DNA of 64,000 bases from the NCBI GenBank assembly GCA_046704725.1, contig JBJKRI010000005.1:209579-273578 (forward strand), given 5' to 3'. How positions within the stretch are numbered: position 1 is the stretch's first letter; the number at the start of each line of letters is the position of its first letter. This DNA comes from Candidatus Woesearchaeota archaeon. Lineage in GTDB: Archaea > Nanobdellota > Nanobdellia > Woesearchaeales > SKIA01. A model generated the notes under the pieces. That model was given only the letters and a program-made list of their open reading frames with translations, made no database searches and was not told where the DNA came from. Of the stretch, positions 50,751 to 60,550 are shown in pieces. The position numbers and the translations under genes were made by a program.

Positions 50751-50892
50751 GACGAGGAGGATTATCTCAACCCCGTAACCGCGTGGGGTGTCGGTGGAGA
50801 ACCTCTGGACGTGGGGGCGGTCTGAAACCATCTTGCTACCGCAATAGCAGTTGATGATGCTCGTTCCCCGCCGCATCACCAGGTGGCCTTGA

Positions 50893-51165
50893 CGCCTTTG
50901 GGAGAAGCCGCCGGACGGATATTTCGGGAAAGACGAGATGCAGGGGAACTATGTCATCATCAAGCACGGCGAGGAGTTCTCCGTCTACGCGCACCTCGAC
51001 ACCACCGATGTCAACGAGGGAGACAAGGTCGGTGTGGATGATGTCGTCGGCACGGTCGGATTGACCGGCTGGACGATCGTGCCGCACCTGCATTTCGCCG
51101 TCTTCCGCTTCACCGAGCCAAAGCCGAAGAAGAGCTACGAGACGCTCGAGGTCAACTGGCAGTGA
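50893..51165 (+). pseudogene. M23 peptidase C-terminal fragment
   Basis: GNYVIIKH, YAHL, VG.TG...PHLHF; in-frame stop at 50890 and no HxxxD N-terminal half. Confidence 0.65.
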
Positions 51166-51222
51166 CCTGCTGTGGCGATTCTTCCGGAGAACGGGCGAGG
51201 CATTCAGCTGCTTCGTCGCGTC

Positions 51223-51957
51223 TCAGCCGTTCATCCGCGTGAACGTGGCATCGAATGTCTCGGGCGTCGTATTGCGCAAGCCAGCGGCCTGGCCGACGAT
51301 AATCTCGAATCCGTCCTTCTCCCAAGCAACCATCACCGCCTTTGCGACTTCTTCGGGCGGGATGCCGCGATAGGTCATGCCGCGCTCCTCGCGGCTGCCA
51401 TCGCCGAGGTCCGTATCGACGATGGGAGGGATGATCTCGAAGACCTCGATGGAACTGTCGCGCAGTTGCCTGCGCAGCGAGACGGTGAAGGAGTGGATCG
51501 CGGCCTTTGTCGCGCAGTACACCGGTGCGATGGACAAGGGGACAAAGCCGAGTCCGGAAGACACGTTCATGATCGCCGCTTCTTCCTTCTTCGAGAACAA
51601 TGGGATGAACAATGACGACAGGTGCATGGGAGCGACGAGGTTCGGCTGGATCTCCTCGTCGGAAAACCTGTTCTTGAGGTCGATGATGCGCTGGATGCCG
51701 GCGTTGTTGACGAGCACGTCGCACTCGGGATGCTCCTTTCTCACCCAATCGAACAACGCCTCGCGCTGCTTCTTGTCGGATACGTCGCACACCCGTGTGA
51801 TGAGGCCGGGAAGCTGCTCGCGTGCCTCGGCGAGATGCTCCTCGCTGCGAGAGCACGTGAGCACGGTGTTGCCCGCCTCCATGAACGCTTTCGCGAGAGA
51901 GAAGCCGATGCCGCGCGAGCCGCCGGTGACGAGGATTGTATGCCCGGAGGTCTTCAT
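51223..51957 (-). CDS. short-chain dehydrogenase (DltE-like)
   Basis: TGGSRGIG, NNAGIQ, NVSSGL, YCATK. Confidence 0.92.
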   Translation of the reverse strand: MKTSGHTILVTGGSRGIGFSLAKAFMEAGNTVLTCSRSEEHLAEAREQLPGLITRVCDVSDKKQREALFDWVRKEHPECDVLVNNAGIQRIIDLKNRFSDEEIQPNLVAPMHLSSLFIPLFSKKEEAAIMNVSSGLGFVPLSIAPVYCATKAAIHSFTVSLRRQLRDSSIEVFEIIPPIVDTDLGDGSREERGMTYRGIPPEEVAKAVMVAWEKDGFEIIVGQAAGLRNTTPETFDATFTRMNG

Positions 51958-52649
51958 GCGAACACTTCCGAAAGGAACGTCAAGAGGTCCCTCCACGCGC
52001 GCTCGGCCGCCTCCTTCTGGTAGGCCGCGCCGTGCTCGGGATTGTTCGCCTTGGGGTTCGTGAAAGCGTGCATCGCGCCGCCGTACATGTTGAGCTGCCA
52101 GTCCACCTTCGCGTCCTCCATCTCTTTGCGGAACGCCTCGACCTGCTCCGGAGGCACGTGGGGGTCCGCGGCGCCATGCAGGACGAGCACCCGTGCCTTG
52201 ATGTCCTTGGCGTCTTCGGGATGCGGCGTGTCGAGATTGCCGTGCACGCTCACCGTCCCTGCGAGGGGAGCGCCGCTGCGCGCGAGCTCCAAGGCCACGC
52301 CGCCTCCGAAGCAATAGCCCATGATGGCTATCGGGCCGGCGCGTTTCTTGAGCGCGTCGTAGGCCGCTTTGGCGCGATTACGCATCAACTCTCGGTCGGA
52401 GCGCAGCATGCCGGCGAAGCGCTGCGCCTCCTCCGGGGTCGTCGGCTTCTCGCCGTAGATATCCGCGGCGAGGGCGACATAGCCTTGCGCCGCGAGGCGC
52501 TTGGCCGTCTCCTCCACCTGCTTTCCGACGCCGAACCAATCGTGGACCACGATGACACCGGGCCTTTTCCCTGTGCCGTCGGATGCGAGGATGCCGTTGA
52601 GCGTCACGCCGTTATGCGAGTACGAGATGGATTCCGTGGTGATTGCCAT
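51954..52649 (-). CDS. dienelactone hydrolase family
   Basis: HDWFG, GYCFGG, HGAAD, YGGAMHAF. Confidence 0.92.
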   Translation of the reverse strand: MAITTESISYSHNGVTLNGILASDGTGKRPGVIVVHDWFGVGKQVEETAKRLAAQGYVALAADIYGEKPTTPEEAQRFAGMLRSDRELMRNRAKAAYDALKKRAGPIAIMGYCFGGGVALELARSGAPLAGTVSVHGNLDTPHPEDAKDIKARVLVLHGAADPHVPPEQVEAFRKEMEDAKVDWQLNMYGGAMHAFTNPKANNPEHGAAYQKEAAERAWRDLLTFLSEVFA

Positions 52650-52691
52650 GACCCGCTCATGACTTGCTCGCTCAAAAGGTTTCTGGAAGAA

Positions 52692-54371
52692 TCATCGCAA
52701 CCAACAACCGCTGCGCGCCGGCAGGATAACTGTGTCCCCCTCCAGACGCGCGTCTCCTACCTGATGCACGAGCGTGCCGCCGACGGGGATGCGGCGCTCC
52801 TCGCCGGACAGGTTCACGAGCACACGAATGTTCGCCTCCGGATACTGCGCGGAGAACACGTCATGCAAGGAGAAGAGCTTCTGGGCGGGCTCGTCGGAGA
52901 AGCCGAGCGTGCTGCGCACATTGAGCATGCGCCCGATCGCGCCGGACAGGCGACGCGCCTTGTCAGAGGAGAGCTCGTCGGGCGAGAGGACGCCGCGATT
53001 GATATCGCGAGTGTCGTCCTTGCACTCGATGCCTCTCTCCCTCTTCTCCCTGGTCTGGCGCTCCATGAAATCGTAATCGTTCGTCTTGCCCGCCTCGTCA
53101 CCGTAGATGATGGCCGGCGCGCCCGGAAGCGACGCGAGCAGGAAATGCGCGAGGATGATGCGCTCCTCATCCTCATCCAGGAAGGAGGCGGTACGCCCCG
53201 CGATGCCGCGACCCTCCCCGAAAGGCAGCCCGCGCCCTGCAAGGCTCTTCTCGATCATGCGGCGCACCTTCGCGTCGGACAGCTCGACCGACAGCGCGTC
53301 ATGGTTGCGCAGAAAGGTCACCCACTGGCTGAAGGGATGCCGCCGCTTATGGCCCCGCAGCGCCTTCCAGACGAAATCCGCGCGGCTCGTGAACAGGGAG
53401 GCCCAGATCGCGTCCATGAGATCGAACGCGTACGCGAGCTCTGCGGCGCGGTCGTCCCCCATGAAGCGGAGGATGACCGGAGCGGGGTCCATCGCCTCCA
53501 GGAGGAAGACTCCCTCGGGATTCGCGTGCTCCATCACGAGGTGCAGCGCGTGCACGATGGCGTGCGCGCGATCAGGGTCCGACAGGTCGTTGTTCCAGAT
53601 ATCCTTGCCGACGAACGAGACCGCGTCGAGCCGGAAGTTCAGTCCCTTTCCCGCCCAGTGCGAGATGATGCGGGAGAACTCCGCGAAGACGGAGGGATTG
53701 CGCCAGTCGAGATCGATCTGCTGCGGATAGAACGTGTGGAAATACCATCGATGGTCGAAGCCCTCCACGAAGTGGGGCACCTCCCCGGCCTGTTCGGGGA
53801 AGATCGTGCCGATCTGGACCTGCTGGCCGCCGAAATCGTACGTCGCCCACTGTCCGGTGCTCTCCACGCGCACATCCGTGACGTTAGGGCGCTTGTCCGA
53901 GGAGACGAAGTATCCGCGGAGCTTCTCGTCGCCCTGCTGCGCGCCGATATACCACGGATGCGCGTCGCTCACGTGGTTGAGCACGAGGTCCATGAAGACG
54001 CGGATGCCATGCTCTTTAGCGGATGCGAGGAAGCGTTCGAACGCCGCGTCGCCGCCGAGATCCTCTCGGACGTGATAATAGTCGCTGATATCGAAGCCCG
54101 CGTCGATGCGCGGCGAGGCGAGGAAGGGGAGGACGTGGATGGCGTCGCACCCCAGCGCCTTGATGCGCGGCAGTTGGGCTGCGAGCGTGTCGAATCCCGC
54201 CCGGCCGTTGACCGGAAAAGCGTCTGGGTAGGTGACGTACACTGTCATGCGCTTGTGCCACTCCGCATCCACGCGATGGATGGTGTCGGGCAACCCGATC
54301 TGCTTGAGGATCGCGTCGCCTCGGCCGGGATAGGCGAGTTGTAGCGCATCCGCAAGTGAGGCATCGGGCAT
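52692..54371 (-). CDS. GH13 alpha-amylase family enzyme (trehalose synthase-like)
   Basis: DAGFDISDY, DLVLNHVSD.HPW, Q.DL, FRLDAV, LEA, FLRNHD, YGDE. Confidence 0.88.
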   Translation of the reverse strand: MPDASLADALQLAYPGRGDAILKQIGLPDTIHRVDAEWHKRMTVYVTYPDAFPVNGRAGFDTLAAQLPRIKALGCDAIHVLPFLASPRIDAGFDISDYYHVREDLGGDAAFERFLASAKEHGIRVFMDLVLNHVSDAHPWYIGAQQGDEKLRGYFVSSDKRPNVTDVRVESTGQWATYDFGGQQVQIGTIFPEQAGEVPHFVEGFDHRWYFHTFYPQQIDLDWRNPSVFAEFSRIISHWAGKGLNFRLDAVSFVGKDIWNNDLSDPDRAHAIVHALHLVMEHANPEGVFLLEAMDPAPVILRFMGDDRAAELAYAFDLMDAIWASLFTSRADFVWKALRGHKRRHPFSQWVTFLRNHDALSVELSDAKVRRMIEKSLAGRGLPFGEGRGIAGRTASFLDEDEERIILAHFLLASLPGAPAIIYGDEAGKTNDYDFMERQTREKRERGIECKDDTRDINRGVLSPDELSSDKARRLSGAIGRMLNVRSTLGFSDEPAQKLFSLHDVFSAQYPEANIRVLVNLSGEERRIPVGGTLVHQVGDARLEGDTVILPARSGCWLR

Positions 54372-54639
54372 GCGTCGTTCTCCCGAACATCGTTCTTAAA
54401 CGTTGTGCTACCAGCGCAGCCACACGTCACTGGGGAAGAGCTTGGCGACGCCCGGGATCATCCAGTTCGTGCACGGCGTGGCGAGGCAGAACGCGACGAA
54501 AGCGACGCGCAGCACGTCCTTTCGCAGGCGCAGGCCATGGCCGTAGGTGCGGGAGTTCCAATACATGAGCTCCGAGAAATGCATATCCTTTGAGCGGGAA
54601 TGGCTTTCAAGTCATTGACGGCTGTGGATGTCCAGTGGT

Positions 54640-55017
54640 TCAGGGCGTTAGGTCGCGGAGGTCGTCCCGCGCGTTCGTATCCCAGTCTTTCATCCGATTG
54701 AACAGCGATCCGATACTGCTCTGAATACCATTGATGTCGGTCTTATGTTCCGGTAGAATGGTCTGCATCTCGTTCACGAGCGCTTCAAGCCGGAGAAGTC
54801 CTGTATTGCGGAGCTCCTCTTTCTCGACACTGAGGATGTTGCGTAACACGATGAACTTCGCCTGAAAGAATCCCGTCCCTTCGACCCGGCTCCTGTCGAA
54901 GGTGCCTTTCGGGACTTTCAGCTTGTCGCTCGCGTCCTTGAGCGCGGCGATCGCCTTCATGATATTGTCTCTCGCCGTGTCAGCGATGTTCCGTGGATTG
55001 TGCGGCGCGTCGCTCAT
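54640..55017 (-). CDS. hypothetical protein
   Basis: 125-aa helical ORF. Confidence 0.55.
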   Translation of the reverse strand: MSDAPHNPRNIADTARDNIMKAIAALKDASDKLKVPKGTFDRSRVEGTGFFQAKFIVLRNILSVEKEELRNTGLLRLEALVNEMQTILPEHKTDINGIQSSIGSLFNRMKDWDTNARDDLRDLTP

Positions 55018-55118
55018 TACCCTAACATGGATGCTGCCGTTTCATATGGCTATCGGGCGCGCAACATATAGTTTTATAAGGGAGTGCCCCCGGGCAAAGA
55101 GCAAAGGGGTGATAGGCT

Positions 55119-55517
55119 GTGCCTAAGAAAAAGTCAACTTCTTCCAAGACGAGGAAATCGTCATCCAAGAAATCAGCGTCAAAGAGATCCTCCAAGCGAG
55201 CGAGCAAGTCTTCCTCGAAGCGAGCGTCAAGCTCGTCAGCGAAGACCGCTCCCGAACCGGAACGCGTCACGCAGGAAGTGATCGTCAAGCCGATCTGGGA
55301 GGACCACGTCCCAACAGAGGAGCACCGGATGTTCAGTCACATCATGTACATCCTGTTCTTGTTGGCGGCGGCCATCGCGGCGTACTACACGTTCGGCATG
55401 TGGATGGAGCCGTCATTGGCGGCGGTACAGTACCTGCCCGTGAAGGCGCTGGTGCTGCTGGGTTGGGCGTACTTCTTCAAGACGTTCGCGCACCGCATCC
55501 ACCACCCGCTCCACTAG
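55119..55517 (+). CDS. 2-TM protein with Lys/Ser-rich N-tail
   Basis: low-complexity basic tail followed by two TM helices. Confidence 0.7.
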   Translation: MPKKKSTSSKTRKSSSKKSASKRSSKRASKSSSKRASSSSAKTAPEPERVTQEVIVKPIWEDHVPTEEHRMFSHIMYILFLLAAAIAAYYTFGMWMEPSLAAVQYLPVKALVLLGWAYFFKTFAHRIHHPLH

Positions 55518-55580
55518 GAGCGTTCTCTTTTTCCTTTTCTCGTCCACTAGCTATTTATACGGCCGTGCGATTTGAAGGGC

Positions 55581-56984
55581 ATGGCAGAGAAGACCGCACT
55601 GCAGAAGCTTTCCGAGAAGATACTCATCCAGCGAGAACCCGCGAAGAAGACCTATCCCGACAAGGAGGTCGAGCCCTTCGTGGATAGTTACAAGACGTTC
55701 TTGTCCTCGCACAAGACCGAACGCGAAGCTGTCGCGTACGCGAAAGCGCAAGCGGAGAAAGCGGGATTCGCCGACCTGCGAAAGCAAGCGAGCATCAAGA
55801 AAGGCGGCACGTACTACTACGACAACGGCGAGAAGAACCTCGCGCTCATCAGATTCTCCGGGCTCGCCTCGATGCATGCTGTTGTCAGCCACGCCGACTG
55901 CCCGTGCCTGCACCTCAAGCCGTACCCATTGGCGGAGAGCCAGAAGCTCGCGGTCTTCAAGACGCACTATTACGGCGGCATCAAGAAGTACCAATGGCTG
56001 AACATCCCGCTCGCGCTGCACGGCGTGGCCTACACCAAGCAAGGCAAGCGCGTGGACTTCGCCCTCGGAGAGAAAGAGGACGACCCGGTCTTCACCATCC
56101 CCGACCTCCTGCCGCACCTCGCGCGAGAGCAGCTCGAGAAGAAAGCGAGCAAGGTCGTCGAGGGAGAACAGCTCAACGTCATCATGGGAACCGACCAGGT
56201 CGACGACGAGAACATCACCGAGAAAGCCAAGCTCGCGATCGCGAAGAAGCTGAACGACGAGTACGGCCTGGTCGAGGAGGACCTGATCAGCGCGGAGCTC
56301 TCGTTCGTGCCCGCAGGAAAAGCGCGGGACGCCGCACTGGACCGCTCGCTCGTCGTCGGCTACGGCCAAGACGACAGGAGCAGCGTGTACACGAGCCTGC
56401 GCGCCATGCTCGACACGGCGGATGCGTCATTCACGCAGATCGTCGCGTTCTACGACAAGGAAGAGATCGGCAGCTACGGCAAGACGGGCGCGGGAAACCA
56501 GTTCTTCACATCCCTCATCGAGGAATTGATAGATCGCTCGCAGAGCGACCTGCGACCCACACAGGTCTGGAGCGCGAGCAGGATACTGTCCGCGGACGTG
56601 ACCAGTGCGCTCGACCCGAACTTCCCCGACGCGCACGACCTGACCAACGCCTCGTCGCTCGGATACGGTGTGGCCATCGAGAAATACGGCGGCGGCGGAG
56701 GCAAATACAGCACGAGCGACGCCGACGCGGAATACACGCACGCGTTGCTCAGCCTCTTCTCCGAGCACAAGGTCCCGTGGCAGACTGGAGAGAACGGCAA
56801 GATCGACCTCGGCGGCGGGGGCACCGTAGCGATGTTCTTCGCGCGCAACGGCGCGGACGTCATCGACATCGGCGTGCCTGTTCTCGGCATGCACGCGCCA
56901 ACAGAGGTCGCGCACAAGACGGACCTGTACTCGGCGTACCAGGCGTTCCGCACCTTCCTCAAGCACCCGCTGCCCAAACGCTGA
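55581..56984 (+). CDS. M18 family aminopeptidase
   Basis: KTERE, SHADCP, YYGGIKKYQW, GYGQDDR, DKEEIGS, SADV, GGGGT, LGMH.P.E. Confidence 0.93.
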   Translation: MAEKTALQKLSEKILIQREPAKKTYPDKEVEPFVDSYKTFLSSHKTEREAVAYAKAQAEKAGFADLRKQASIKKGGTYYYDNGEKNLALIRFSGLASMHAVVSHADCPCLHLKPYPLAESQKLAVFKTHYYGGIKKYQWLNIPLALHGVAYTKQGKRVDFALGEKEDDPVFTIPDLLPHLAREQLEKKASKVVEGEQLNVIMGTDQVDDENITEKAKLAIAKKLNDEYGLVEEDLISAELSFVPAGKARDAALDRSLVVGYGQDDRSSVYTSLRAMLDTADASFTQIVAFYDKEEIGSYGKTGAGNQFFTSLIEELIDRSQSDLRPTQVWSASRILSADVTSALDPNFPDAHDLTNASSLGYGVAIEKYGGGGGKYSTSDADAEYTHALLSLFSEHKVPWQTGENGKIDLGGGGTVAMFFARNGADVIDIGVPVLGMHAPTEVAHKTDLYSAYQAFRTFLKHPLPKR

Positions 56985-57517
56985 TGCGGGCCGTCGCCTA
57001 CCTGCTGCGCCTGGTCTTCCTCGCGGCGCTCGTGCGCTTCGTCGTACTGGGAGACTTGAGAGGGCTCGTCTTCTTCGGAGCCGTCTTCATCGTGACACTG
57101 CCGATCCTGTACTGGGCGCGAACGAGAAGAGAAGCGTACCGTGCGGACGCGGGCATCATGGCAGTGTTCCTGGCGAGCATCGTGCTCGGCATGCTCGGCG
57201 TGCACCTCCAGACGGACATCCTCGGCCTGGACAAGCTCTTCCACCTCGCGGGAGGAGCGCTATTGGGCTACCTGTTCGTCCTGCTCTCCCTGAAGAAATG
57301 GAGCGCGAAGAAAAAAGCGCTTGCTGCATTGCTCGCGACGCTCACCGTCGCCGTGGGTTGGGAATGCTTCGAATGGACGTTCTGGCTCGTGACGAACGAC
57401 CCGACACTGCACAACCCTCTGCTCATCTGGGACAGCCTGTTGGATATCACCGCGGGCGTCCTCGGTGCCGGAATCGTGGCTTTCGCGCGCCGGAAAGCAC
57501 GACCCACAGCTTCTTAA
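56984..57517 (+). CDS. membrane protein (VanZ/DUF2238-like)
   Basis: DKLFH..GG, WE..EW, D...D; TGATG coupling. Confidence 0.75.
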   Translation: MRAVAYLLRLVFLAALVRFVVLGDLRGLVFFGAVFIVTLPILYWARTRREAYRADAGIMAVFLASIVLGMLGVHLQTDILGLDKLFHLAGGALLGYLFVLLSLKKWSAKKKALAALLATLTVAVGWECFEWTFWLVTNDPTLHNPLLIWDSLLDITAGVLGAGIVAFARRKARPTAS

Positions 57518-57542
57518 ATCCCCTCCCGGTTCAAGACTTTTC

Positions 57543-59774
57543 GTGGAACTCATCATCACCGAGAAGCCGAGCAGCGCGAAGAAGATAGCCGAAGCCATCG
57601 CCGACGGCAAGCCCGTCCAGAAGAAAGAGGCCGGCGTGAACTATTATCACCTACGCAGCGACGGCAAAGAGGTCGTCGTCGTCTCCGCCGTCGGGCACCT
57701 GTACACCGTCGCGGAGAAAGACAAGGGACCGTGGACCTATCCGGTCTTCGACGTGCAATGGGTGCCGTCCGCCGACGCCTCCAAGGACGCGGCGTACACC
57801 AAGAAGTACGTGAACGCGATCAAGAAGCTCGCGAAAGAAGCGGAGACCTTCACCATAGCGACGGACTACGACATCGAAGGAGAGGTCATCGGCTACAACA
57901 TCCTACGGTTCGCGTGCAAGCAAGGCGACGGGGCGCGCATGAAGTTCAGCACCGTCACCAAACCCGACCTGCAGCGCGCGTACAAGGAGAAGTCCCCGAC
58001 GATCGCGTGGGGACAAGCGCAAGCCGGCGTGACACGGCACGAGCTCGACTGGTACTACGGAATCAACCTGTCGCGAGCGCTCACCCTCGCGGTCAAGGCG
58101 GCTGGCGGATTCAAGATATTGTCGAGCGGGCGCGTGCAAGGACCCGCGCTCAAGATACTGTCGGACAAGGAAGCGGAGATACAAGCATTCGTGCCAGAGC
58201 CGTTCTGGCAACTGGAATTGCATACACCGCAGCTCGTGGCGCTCCACGTGCAGGACCGCTTCGAAAAAGAGGAGGACGCCAAGCAAGCGCAGTCGCACGT
58301 GACCGACACGGCCTCTGTGAAGGAGATCGCGAAAAGGCAGAGCACGCAGGCGCCGCCGCACCCCTTCGACCTCACGACATTGCAGACAGAGGCGTACCGC
58401 TCGTTCCGCATGAGCCCGAAAGAGACCCTCGGGCACGCGCAGGACCTGTACAGCGCAGGATACATCAGCTATCCGCGCACATCGAGCCAGCAGCTCCCTA
58501 AGGAGATCGGCTACGAGAACGTGCTCAAGCACCTGTCCAAGCAGAAAGCCTATACGGAGCTTGCGCAACGACTGCTGCAGAAGAAAGAGCTCGTGCCGAG
58601 AGACGGCAAGAAGACCGACCCCGCGCACCCAGCCATCTACCCGACGGGGATGGCCCCGACAAAAGCGCGCGACCGCGCCAAACGCGTCTACGACCTGGTC
58701 GTGCGGCGATTCATGGCGACCTTCGGCGATCCCGCCAAGAGGGAGACCGTGCAGCTCACGCTGACGAGCGGGGGAGAGGATTTCTCGACGCGCGGGACGC
58801 GCACGGTCGAGCCCGGCTGGCACGCCTACTATGGCCCGCACGTCAAGCAAGAGGAGCAGGAGATGCCCGCATTGCAGGAAGGCCAGGAGCTGCACGTCGA
58901 CAAGACGGAGCTGCTCGCGAAAGAGACGCAGCCGCCCAAACGCTACACGCCGTCATCCATCATCAAGGAGCTCGAGAAGCGCGGGCTAGGCACGAAAGCC
59001 ACCAGAGCCGACATCGTGGAGAACCTGTTCAACAGGGGATACGTGCACGAGGAGAGCATCCAGGTCTCGGAGATCGGGATGCGCACGGTCGAGACGCTCG
59101 GGCGATTCGTGCCGGAGATCCTCGACGTGCAGTTGACGAAACAGATCGAGGAGGAGCTCGAGCGCATCCGCACAGACGAGATCAAGCCCGAGACCGTGCT
59201 CGACGAGGCGAAAGCGCACCTCACCAAACTCCTCGACCACTTCAAGGAGCACGAGAAGGAGATCGGCGGTGAACTCTTGACCGCGGAGCGCGATACGCGC
59301 GACAGTCGCACCACGCTCGGACGCTGCCGGACGTGCGAGGAAGGGGACCTGCAGATACGCAAGGGAAAGTACGGCCTGTTCGTGGGCTGCACGAACTATC
59401 CCGACTGCACGCAGACCTACAACCTGCCCAAGGGCTCGCAGGCCAAGCCAGCGGGAAAAGAATGCCCGGACTGCCTGTACCCCATGGTCTTGATCAAGCA
59501 AGGGCGGCGTGGCTGGCGCCCCGTCTGCATCAATCCCGAATGCCCGTCCAAGGACCTGACTCCAGAGGCGCAGAAGCTCAAGGAGATGGTGGGGAGCGCG
59601 GAGAAGACGTGCCCCGAATGCGGAAAACCGCTCACCGTGCGCAAGAGCGCGTACGGAGAGTTCATCGGCTGCACGGGCTATCCGAAATGCCGCTACACGC
59701 AAGCGCTATTGACCAAAGCGCAAGCGGCGGAAAAAGAGGCTGCGCCGAACACTAAAAGCACGGCGAAAGGGTAG
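57543..59774 (+). CDS. topA: DNA topoisomerase I (type IA) with C-terminal Zn fingers
   Basis: ITEKP, AVGHL, TDYDIEGE, SSGRVQ, ISYPRT, HPAIYPT, GTKATR, C4 repeats. Confidence 0.96.
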   Translation: MELIITEKPSSAKKIAEAIADGKPVQKKEAGVNYYHLRSDGKEVVVVSAVGHLYTVAEKDKGPWTYPVFDVQWVPSADASKDAAYTKKYVNAIKKLAKEAETFTIATDYDIEGEVIGYNILRFACKQGDGARMKFSTVTKPDLQRAYKEKSPTIAWGQAQAGVTRHELDWYYGINLSRALTLAVKAAGGFKILSSGRVQGPALKILSDKEAEIQAFVPEPFWQLELHTPQLVALHVQDRFEKEEDAKQAQSHVTDTASVKEIAKRQSTQAPPHPFDLTTLQTEAYRSFRMSPKETLGHAQDLYSAGYISYPRTSSQQLPKEIGYENVLKHLSKQKAYTELAQRLLQKKELVPRDGKKTDPAHPAIYPTGMAPTKARDRAKRVYDLVVRRFMATFGDPAKRETVQLTLTSGGEDFSTRGTRTVEPGWHAYYGPHVKQEEQEMPALQEGQELHVDKTELLAKETQPPKRYTPSSIIKELEKRGLGTKATRADIVENLFNRGYVHEESIQVSEIGMRTVETLGRFVPEILDVQLTKQIEEELERIRTDEIKPETVLDEAKAHLTKLLDHFKEHEKEIGGELLTAERDTRDSRTTLGRCRTCEEGDLQIRKGKYGLFVGCTNYPDCTQTYNLPKGSQAKPAGKECPDCLYPMVLIKQGRRGWRPVCINPECPSKDLTPEAQKLKEMVGSAEKTCPECGKPLTVRKSAYGEFIGCTGYPKCRYTQALLTKAQAAEKEAAPNTKSTAKG

Positions 59775-59777
59775 GGA

Positions 59778-59849
59778 CTACCAGTCCTTATCGTCCTCGT
59801 CGTCCCAATCGCCGTCGTCGTCCCACTCATCGTCCTGGAATTCGTACAT
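59778..59849 (-). CDS. 23-aa acidic Asp/Trp-repeat peptide (not in ORF track)
   Basis: MYEFQDDEWDDDGDWDDEDDKDW; GGAGGT SD 6 nt upstream and TATATTATA box further upstream. Confidence 0.6.
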   Translation of the reverse strand: MYEFQDDEWDDDGDWDDEDDKDW

Positions 59850-59995
59850 TGCACTACCTCCGGGGCATAGCACTTCCCCTATAATATAGGTGAGAACCGC
59901 TAGAAACAGTGGCCGCACAGATGGGTCGCCGATATTTAAGCGTATTGAATGACAGCAACCCTTTTAAAACATCCACCAATCTCGGAGACCACCAC

Positions 59996-60088
59996 GAGCC
60001 TGTGGCTTAGTCTGGTAGAGCACCCGACTGATACGCTCGAAAGAGCTCAGCGATCGGGAGGTCCGCGGTTCGAATCCGCGCAGGCTCA
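59996..60088 (+). tRNA. tRNA-Ile(GAT) with 19-nt intron and canonical BHB motif
   Basis: GAGCCTG/CAGGCTC acceptor stem, CCCGA/TCGGG anticodon stem, CT-GAT-A, intron CGCTCGAAAGAGCTCAGCG (CTGA pairs with TCAG). Confidence 0.93.
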
Positions 60089-60529
60089 GTGAACGACCTC
60101 GAGAAAGCGCAGGTCATCGTCTTCCGCTTCACCCCGTCCCTGCAGTTCCTGATGCTCAAGCGCATCCCGAAGAAAGGAGGCGTCTGGCAGCCAGTGACCG
60201 GGGCAGTGGAGAAAGAGGACGCCGACATCCTCGCGGCGGCCTTCCGCGAGCTGGAAGAAGAGACCGCCATCGGCAAGGAACAGGTATTGTCGGTCGTCCC
60301 GGACATCCACTCGTACGAATTCACCGAGCGTCGCGGGAAGGCGAAAGAGACTGCGTTCGGGATGGAGGTCGCTCCAGACACCGCTGTGGACCTGAGCAAG
60401 AACGTCTATCCAGAGCACGACGAGTACCGCTGGATCTCCCCGGAAGAAGCCATCTCGCTCGCGCATTGGAGCGGACAGAAAGAAGCGATGCGAAAGCTGC
60501 GCGGCCTTCTCGAACAAAACGCTCATTAA
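60089..60529 (+). CDS. NUDIX hydrolase (NudB-like)
   Basis: WQPVTG.VE......AAFRELEEET.I, EHDEYRW. Confidence 0.88.
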   Translation: MNDLEKAQVIVFRFTPSLQFLMLKRIPKKGGVWQPVTGAVEKEDADILAAAFRELEEETAIGKEQVLSVVPDIHSYEFTERRGKAKETAFGMEVAPDTAVDLSKNVYPEHDEYRWISPEEAISLAHWSGQKEAMRKLRGLLEQNAH

Positions 60530-60550
60530 CTACTATGTGAACAACGCTCC

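Noticed and set aside
54405-54593. 62-aa ORF in the gap upstream of the GH13 gene
   Set aside because: No motif and no convincing start context; cannot be supported.
55119-55250. Ser/Lys repeat-like DNA
   Set aside because: Low-complexity coding tail, not a DNA repeat array.
55904-57517. 537-aa ORF
   Set aside because: The N-part is an off-frame overlap of the aminopeptidase; the real membrane gene starts at 56984.
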